Assembly: GCF_964259345.1 (NCBI RefSeq)
Contig: NZ_CAXVJR010000008.1
Span: 101,904-133,903 of the forward strand
From: Paraclostridium bifermentans
GTDB lineage: Bacteria; Bacillota; Clostridia; Peptostreptococcales; Peptostreptococcaceae
Direction of reading: 5' to 3'
Length of the DNA: 32,000 nt
Shown: positions 26,849 through 32,000 of the stretch, in pieces
How the letters are laid out: every line of letters begins with the position of its first letter
Position numbering within the stretch: the stretch's first letter is position 1
Made by a program: the position numbers and the translations under genes
The notes under the pieces: generated by a model
Seen by the model: the letters and a program-made list of their open reading frames with translations, nothing else
Databases searched by the model: none
What the model was told of the DNA's origin: nothing

Positions 26849-29072
26849 TTTTTACCAGCACTCCTTCTTTCTTTAATCTATTTAGTTTTTCGCTTAAATT
26901 AGAGTGTCTATCATTTGTTCTATTATTTTTAACCATATATTCTAAGTATTTAACATTTCCAACTAAAACTACTAATTTTTTAGCTCTTGTAACTGCCGTA
27001 TATAATAAATTTCTATTTAACAACATAGGTGGTGCCCATGTTACAGGTATTACTATAGCTGGAAATTCACTACCTTGACTTTTATGTATGGTTGTACAAA
27101 AACTATGGTCTAATTCATCCAACTCTGAATATTCATAAGATACTATTTTAGTTTGATCAAATAATACATATATAATTTTATTTTCTTTATCTATATGATA
27201 AATATATCCTATATCTCCATTATATATACCTTCACCAGTTTCACTTTTATCCTCATTTTCCCATTTTTTAGTATAGTTATTTTTTACTTGCATAACTTTA
27301 TCGCCAACTCTAAAAGTTCTCTTTTGTAAAGTTTCTTCAACTTTAAACTTTTCTTCTTTATTTAAATATTTTTGAAGTTCTATATTTAAATTATTTACTC
27401 CTAAATCGCCTTTTCTCATAGGAGCTAAAACTTGTATATCTTTAAGCTTATCTAAATTATAAAACTTAGGTAATCTTTCATTTACAATGCCAATTACTTC
27501 TTCTAAAATTTCTTCATTTGTATTCTTCTTTATAAAGAAAAAATCTTTATCCTTAACATTTAAATGTAGTGGCAATCCTTGGTTTATTCTATGTGCATTA
27601 ACTACTATCATACTTTCTTGAGCTTGTCTAAATATCTCATTTAGCCTAACTACATTTATAACATTAGATTCTATTATATCTTTTAAAACATTTCCTGCTC
27701 CTACAGATGGAAGTTGATCACTATCTCCAACCAATATTACTCTAGTTCCAGGTTTTATAGCTTTTAACAAGCTATACATAAGAACTATATCTACCATCGA
27801 AACTTCATCAACGATTACTACATCAGCCTTTATTGGATCATCTTCATCTTTTAAAAAAACTAACTCTTCTGAGTCTGTAGCATATCCCATTTCTAACAGC
27901 CTATGTATAGTCTTTGCTTCTTTATTAGATGTTTCACTCATTCTTTTAGCCGCTCTTCCTGTTGGTGCTGCTAAAACAACTTCTTGATTATTATTTTCAA
28001 ATACTTTTATTATCGTGTTTATAGTAGTTGTTTTACCAGTACCAGGACCTCCTGTTATAACTACTAAACCACCTTTTATAGCTTCTTTTACTGCTAGAGA
28101 TTGATTATTGGCTAGATTTATACCTGTTTCCTTTTCAATCTTTTCTATTTCTTCTTCTATATCTATATTTAAATCTTTAAACTCTGCTTGAGCTAACTTT
28201 ACAATTTGCTTACATACCCCATTCTCAGATAAATAATAAGGTATTAGATATATGTGATCCTCACTATCGAATCCTCTTTCAATGTGAATCTTTTGATCAT
28301 AAGCTAGTCCTAATATAGCATCTGATATATATTCTTTATCTACTTCTAAAAGCTTGCTACTTTCTTCTATTAAAATAGATTTAGGTAAATACGTATGTCC
28401 ACTACCTAGAGATTGGTTTAATGTATAAAGCACCCCTTGCATTATTCTATCTTTTGAATACTTATCTATGCCTAAATTAGATGCTATTTTATCTGCAACC
28501 TTAAATCCTATACCTCTAACATCTTCAGCTAATTTATATGGGTTTTTACTTATAACATCAATAGCCTTGTTTTTATACTTTTTATATATCTTCAAACAAA
28601 AATTAGGAGTTATTCCATAAGGAGATAATTGTATTATTATATTTCTTAGTTCTCTATTGTCTTCATAACTTTTTGCTATTTGTTCTATTTTCTTAGTTCC
28701 TATACCCTCTACCTCGGATAATCTATGTGGAGTATTTTGAATTACATCTAATGTATCTACTCCAAACTTATCAATTATCCTTTTTGCCATCTTCTCTCCT
28801 ATCCCTTTTATCATTCCTGAAGATAAATATACATATATCCCTTCTATAGATGACGGAGTTACTGGCATAAATTTATGAACTTCAAACTGAGTTCCATATG
28901 TTTTATGATTTACCCATTTACCTTCAACCTCTATACTTTCTCCTTCTGTTAATGTTGGCATACACCCAACTATAACAACATCACTACTTTCATTTGCTAA
29001 ATGCGCAATAACGTATCCATTATCTTCATTTTTAAATACAATGTCACTTACCATTCCTTCTATTTTTTCCAT
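26844..29072 (-). CDS. recD2: RecD2-type SF1B ATP-dependent DNA helicase (RecD/TraA family)
   Basis: 742 aa. N-terminal OB-like and HhH region, Walker A GGPGTGKTT, Walker B VIVDEVSMVD, later helicase motifs (VGDSDQLPSVGAG, TIHKSQGSE, YTAVTRAK). Confidence 0.9.
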   Translation of the reverse strand: MEKIEGMVSDIVFKNEDNGYVIAHLANESSDVVIVGCMPTLTEGESIEVEGKWVNHKTYGTQFEVHKFMPVTPSSIEGIYVYLSSGMIKGIGEKMAKRIIDKFGVDTLDVIQNTPHRLSEVEGIGTKKIEQIAKSYEDNRELRNIIIQLSPYGITPNFCLKIYKKYKNKAIDVISKNPYKLAEDVRGIGFKVADKIASNLGIDKYSKDRIMQGVLYTLNQSLGSGHTYLPKSILIEESSKLLEVDKEYISDAILGLAYDQKIHIERGFDSEDHIYLIPYYLSENGVCKQIVKLAQAEFKDLNIDIEEEIEKIEKETGINLANNQSLAVKEAIKGGLVVITGGPGTGKTTTINTIIKVFENNNQEVVLAAPTGRAAKRMSETSNKEAKTIHRLLEMGYATDSEELVFLKDEDDPIKADVVIVDEVSMVDIVLMYSLLKAIKPGTRVILVGDSDQLPSVGAGNVLKDIIESNVINVVRLNEIFRQAQESMIVVNAHRINQGLPLHLNVKDKDFFFIKKNTNEEILEEVIGIVNERLPKFYNLDKLKDIQVLAPMRKGDLGVNNLNIELQKYLNKEEKFKVEETLQKRTFRVGDKVMQVKNNYTKKWENEDKSETGEGIYNGDIGYIYHIDKENKIIYVLFDQTKIVSYEYSELDELDHSFCTTIHKSQGSEFPAIVIPVTWAPPMLLNRNLLYTAVTRAKKLVVLVGNVKYLEYMVKNNRTNDRHSNLSEKLNRLKKEGVLVKN

Positions 29073-29142
29073 AAATAATCTCCTATAAAATACTAACTTT
29101 ATCGTTTACATAATTTATTATTATTATACAAGTTATTGCGTA

Positions 29143-29177
29143 TAAAAAAAATAGAAGACCGTATAATTACAGTCTTC
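29143..29177 (-). terminator. Intrinsic terminator downstream of metK
   Basis: Minus strand reads GAAGACTGTA-ATTA-TACGGTCTTC (10 bp including one G-U) followed by TATTTTTTTT. Confidence 0.8.
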
Positions 29178-29207
29178 ATATATATTTTAATCCCAATACC
29201 AATTTAT

Positions 29208-30401
29208 TTATTTTTCTAATGCTTCTGCTCTTAAGATATCAGCTTTATCTGTTCTCTCCCATGGTAAATCTAAATCTGTTCTACCAAAGTGTCCATAAGC
29301 TGCTACATTTTTATACATTGGCTGTCTTAATTCTAAGTCTCTTATTATTGCTCCTGGTCTTAAATCAAAGTGCTTGTTTACAAGTTCAACAAGTAATTCT
29401 TCTGATACTTTTCCAGTTCCAAATGTATCTATAAATATAGATAATGGTTTAGCAACACCTATTGCATAAGCTAACTCTATTTCACACTTATCTGCAAGTC
29501 CTGCTGCTACTATGTTTTTAGCAACATGTCTAGCTGCGTAAGCTGCTGATCTATCAACTTTTGTAGGATCCTTTCCTGAGAAAGCTCCTCCTCCGTGTCT
29601 AGAATATCCTCCGTAAGTATCTATTATTATCTTTCTTCCAGTAAGACCTGTATCTCCTTGAGGTCCTCCTATAACGAATCTTCCTGTTGGATTTATATAA
29701 ATCATAGTTTCTTCATCTAAAAGTTCTGCTGGTATAACTGCTTTTATAACTTTTTCTATTAAATCTCTTCTTATAGTTTCGTTATCAACATCTTCACTAT
29801 GTTGTGTAGATATTAAAACAGTATGAACTCTAACAGCTTTGTTTCCATCATACTCAACAGTTACTTGAGTTTTACCATCTGGTCTTAGATAATCTAACTC
29901 TCCACTTTTTCTAACTTCTGTTAATCTTCTTGATAATTTATGAGCAAGAGATATTGGAAGTGGCATTAATTCTTCAGTTTCATTACATGCGAAACCAAAC
30001 ATTATACCTTGATCTCCAGCTCCTATTTTTTCTATTTCATCTTCTGTTAATTCACCATTTCTATTTTCTAATGCTTCATCAACACCCATAGCTATATCAC
30101 CTGATTGTTCATCTATAGCCGTTATAACTGAACATGTATCTCCGTCAAATCCATATTTAGCTCTTGTGTATCCTATTTCTTTAACTGTTTCTCTAACTAA
30201 TTTTGGGATGTCTACGTAAGTATTAGTACTTATTTCTCCAGCTACTAATACTAATCCTGTAGTAACTGTAGTTTCGCAAGCAACTCTCGCTTGCGGATCC
30301 TTTTCTAAAAGTGCATCTAATATAGCATCTGATATTTGATCACATATTTTATCTGGATGCCCCTCTGTAACAGATTCTGATGTAAATAAATGTTTTGCCA
30401 T
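29208..30401 (-). CDS. metK: S-adenosylmethionine synthetase
   Basis: [60 protein letters not shown]: canonical MAT motifs throughout, 397 aa. Confidence 0.97.
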   Translation of the reverse strand: MAKHLFTSESVTEGHPDKICDQISDAILDALLEKDPQARVACETTVTTGLVLVAGEISTNTYVDIPKLVRETVKEIGYTRAKYGFDGDTCSVITAIDEQSGDIAMGVDEALENRNGELTEDEIEKIGAGDQGIMFGFACNETEELMPLPISLAHKLSRRLTEVRKSGELDYLRPDGKTQVTVEYDGNKAVRVHTVLISTQHSEDVDNETIRRDLIEKVIKAVIPAELLDEETMIYINPTGRFVIGGPQGDTGLTGRKIIIDTYGGYSRHGGGAFSGKDPTKVDRSAAYAARHVAKNIVAAGLADKCEIELAYAIGVAKPLSIFIDTFGTGKVSEELLVELVNKHFDLRPGAIIRDLELRQPMYKNVAAYGHFGRTDLDLPWERTDKADILRAEALEK

Positions 30402-30485
30402 TTAACTTCTCCTCCTTGTATTAACCTTATATTAAAAGTATCTCCATTACCTTAATCCTCAAGTTTGCATAGTCTTTTTTGACAT

Positions 30486-30515
30486 TAAAAAACCTCTTCT
30501 TATTTAAAGAAGAGG
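30486..30515 (-). terminator. S-box expression-platform terminator
   Basis: Minus strand reads CCTCTTCTT-TAAAT-AAGAAGAGG (9 bp) followed by TTTTTT. It lies between the aptamer and the metK start. Confidence 0.8.
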
Positions 30516-30542
30516 CTAATTATATTCATCAATAATTAACTA

Positions 30543-30648
30543 ACCTCATCTTTCAAGATATAAATATCTTGTAGGAATTAGCACCTTTTCCTTTTGGAAT
30601 GGTTGCTGGGTTTCACAGGGCCTGTCCCTCCACCTCTCTTAATAAGGT
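30543..30648 (-). promoter_or_regulatory. SAM-I riboswitch (S-box) aptamer
   Basis: Minus strand reads TTATTAAGAGAGGTGGAGGGACAGGCCCTGTGAAACCCAGCAACC...AAGGTGCTAATTCCTACAAG...CTTGAAAGATGAGG. This matches the S-box consensus blocks (AGAGnGGnGGAGGGA, GGCCC, TGAAACCC, GCAACC, GGTGCTAATTCC, GAAAGATGAG). Confidence 0.93.
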
Positions 30649-30686
30649 AATTAAGAAATTTTATTAACTTTTATCGTATGAATATC

Positions 30687-30715
30687 ATTATACTATTATT
30701 AAAAGGTATTATCAA
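30687..30715 (-). promoter_or_regulatory. Sigma-A-type promoter for the S-box-metK transcript
   Basis: Minus strand has TTGATA (30715-30710), an exact 17-nt spacer and TATAAT (30692-30687), about 35-40 nt upstream of the aptamer. Confidence 0.6.
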
Positions 30716-30789
30716 TATATTTCTTTGAATATTTACTTGTTATTTTTTTCTTTTTATTTCATATATTTATTTTAGGGGGGGATGTTCCT

Positions 30790-31299
30790 ATGTATTTAGC
30801 TAAAGTAAACTATAAAAAAGATAATGTCGTTCAAGTACTTAATGATACATTAAAAGATATAATTGATGAGAATACAGTTATAGTGTGTATAGGAACAGAC
30901 AGAGCTATAGGCGATTCTTTAGGGCCTTTAGTTGGAACAATGTTAAAAAACAGCAATTATAAATATCCTGTTTATGGTACTTTAGATAAACCTATCCATG
31001 CTTTAAATATATATGAATCCCTACAATCTATAAAGAAAAAACATTCTAATGGGAATTTTTTAGCTATAGATGCTTGCTTAGGATCAAAAAGTAATATAGG
31101 TAATCTACAAATAAGAAAAGGTCCTATCCTTCCTGGAAAAGGTGTAGGAAAAAAGTTGCCTGAAATTGGAAATTATTCAATAGTCGGTATAGTTGACAAG
31201 GTTGATGAAAATAATAAGTTTTCCTTTAACAATATCCGCCTAAGTTTTATTTTAGATATGGCAGAGATAATAGCATTATCTTTAATACTTTCAACATAA
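30790..31299 (+). CDS. yyaC: YyaC-family putative sporulation protein (GPR/HybD-like protease fold)
   Basis: 169 aa with VIVCIGTDRAIGDSLGPLVGTML, the hallmark GTDRxxGDxLGPLVG block I associate with the Bacillus YyaC family. SD GGGGGGGA lies 7 nt upstream. Confidence 0.7.
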   Translation: MYLAKVNYKKDNVVQVLNDTLKDIIDENTVIVCIGTDRAIGDSLGPLVGTMLKNSNYKYPVYGTLDKPIHALNIYESLQSIKKKHSNGNFLAIDACLGSKSNIGNLQIRKGPILPGKGVGKKLPEIGNYSIVGIVDKVDENNKFSFNNIRLSFILDMAEIIALSLILST

Positions 31300-31328
31300 A
31301 CTAATATAAAATCCCCTATTGCTATATC

Positions 31329-31359
31329 AAAATAAGCTGTCTAAAAGACAGCTTATTTT
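31329..31359. terminator. Bidirectional terminator between convergent yyaC and fabZ
   Basis: 11-bp perfect stem AATAAGCTGTC (31331-31341) / GACAGCTTATT (31347-31357), loop TAAAA, with A/T runs on both flanks. Confidence 0.8.
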
Positions 31360-31360
31360 C

Positions 31361-31789
31361 TTATTTTTGAACCAATGCAAACATTAATTCTCCACTACAA
31401 GCTAATTCTTCACCTACATAAGCACTAGCATTAGCTTTACCTATATTTCTTCTTAAAGAAACCATTTCAACTTCCATTCTTAAAGTATCTCCAGGTCTTA
31501 CTTCTTTTTTAAATCTAACTTTGTCTATACCTGCAAAAACACCTAATTTACCTTTGTTTTCATCTATAGACATCATTGCTACAGCTCCCACTTGAGCCAT
31601 AGCTTCAACAATTAGAACTCCAGGCATTATTGGATAATCTGGAAAATGTCCTTGGAAGAACGGCTCATTTGCAGTAACATTTTTTATTCCTACTGCTTTT
31701 TTACCTTCTTCTAACTCAACTATCTTATCCACTAATAAAAATGGATATCTGTGAGGTATTAATTCTTTTATTTGATCTATATTTAACAT
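31361..31789 (-). CDS. fabZ: 3-hydroxyacyl-[acyl-carrier-protein] dehydratase
   Basis: 142 aa. [40 protein letters not shown] (catalytic His and hot-dog fold signature). Confidence 0.95.
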   Translation of the reverse strand: MLNIDQIKELIPHRYPFLLVDKIVELEEGKKAVGIKNVTANEPFFQGHFPDYPIMPGVLIVEAMAQVGAVAMMSIDENKGKLGVFAGIDKVRFKKEVRPGDTLRMEVEMVSLRRNIGKANASAYVGEELACSGELMFALVQK

Positions 31790-31790
31790 C

Positions 31791-32000
31791 TTATTTCCCT
31801 CCTAGATTTATTTTTCTTTTAAATGGTAATGTTCCACCTGTTTCTAATAAACTCAATGCTGATAATGATTCTCCTGTTCCTTTTGCTACACAAGCCATAG
31901 GATTATCTGCAATTTTAACACTTATTCCTGTTCTTTCTTCTATTTTTTTATCTAGTCCATGTAATAACGACCCTCCTCCAGTCATTATTATACCTGTATC
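31791..32000 (-). CDS. mreB: MreB/Mbl-family rod-shape actin homologue, C-terminal part only (5' end beyond the window)
   Basis: The frame is open to nt 32000 ([43 protein letters not shown]), which matches the MreB C-terminal subdomain. The paralogue (mreB versus mbl) cannot be assigned from this fragment. Confidence 0.85.
   Translation of the reverse strand, partial: DTGIIMTGGGSLLHGLDKKIEERTGISVKIADNPMACVAKGTGESLSALSLLETGGTLPFKRKINLGGK

Noticed and set aside
2280-29434. Short to medium ORFs in the track that lie antisense inside long, well-supported genes: 2280-2558, 8930-9145, 9452-9820, 10477-10668, 12237-12443, 13106-13324, 13593-13784, 14554-14802, 16284-16466, 17632-17856, 17861-18055, 18619-18930, 23417-23725, 24737-24925, 26235-26456, 29219-29434.
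   Set aside because: Each is fully or mostly embedded opposite a CDS with clear family motifs. Their translations are low-complexity and I/L/F/S/Y-rich, as expected from reading AT-rich coding DNA backwards. None has a visible SD. Open antisense frames are common in AT-rich genomes where stop codons on the antisense strand are depleted by codon usage.
1-32000. A window-wide look for mobile or accessory signatures: transposase, integrase or recombinase ORFs, terminal inverted repeats, CRISPR repeat-spacer periodicity, tRNA/rRNA genes, toxin-antitoxin pairs, restriction-modification or other defence genes, and abrupt compositional shifts.
   Set aside because: None found. Every ORF over 140 aa has a housekeeping or metabolic assignment, and gene order matches conserved Firmicute synteny (tsaEBD, comF-hpf-secA-prfB, mbl-fabZ). 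The only GC-rich islands are the two riboswitches and the ncRNA. I therefore do not claim a novel protein-based system here.

Overview
This is a very AT-rich (under 30% GC by eye) chromosomal segment from a spore-forming low-GC Firmicute, probably a Clostridia-class organism; I cannot name the species from sequence alone. Almost all of it is conserved housekeeping DNA. In order it contains an ABC-F ATPase (5' partial), a MATE exporter, and a six-gene minus-strand glycogen operon (glgB-glgC-glgD-glgA-glgP plus a GH13 enzyme). Next come the t6A operon tsaE-tsaB-rimI-tsaD, a two-domain GNAT, and FMN-riboswitch-controlled ribU. These are followed by tex plus an amidohydrolase, secA-prfB (with the classical +1 frameshift), hpf, recD2-comFC, S-box-controlled metK, yyaC, fabZ and the 3' end of an mreB/mbl gene. 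I found no transposase, integrase, CRISPR array, tRNA/rRNA gene, toxin-antitoxin pair or defence-like cassette, and no convincing undescribed protein-coding system. The parts worth a second look lie in the roughly 590-bp comFC-hpf spacer and its flanks. (1) A structured, GC-enriched, separately terminated non-coding RNA sits in the context typical of the raiA-motif RNA, whose function is unknown. (2) Four DnaA-box-like 9-mers, one perfect and two directly abutting, lie between that RNA and hpf. (3) comFC encodes its 4xCxxC N-terminal region in an open frame with no ATG, GTG or TTG, and that frame overlaps the recD2 stop. All calls come from reading the sequence and from family knowledge; no searches were run.
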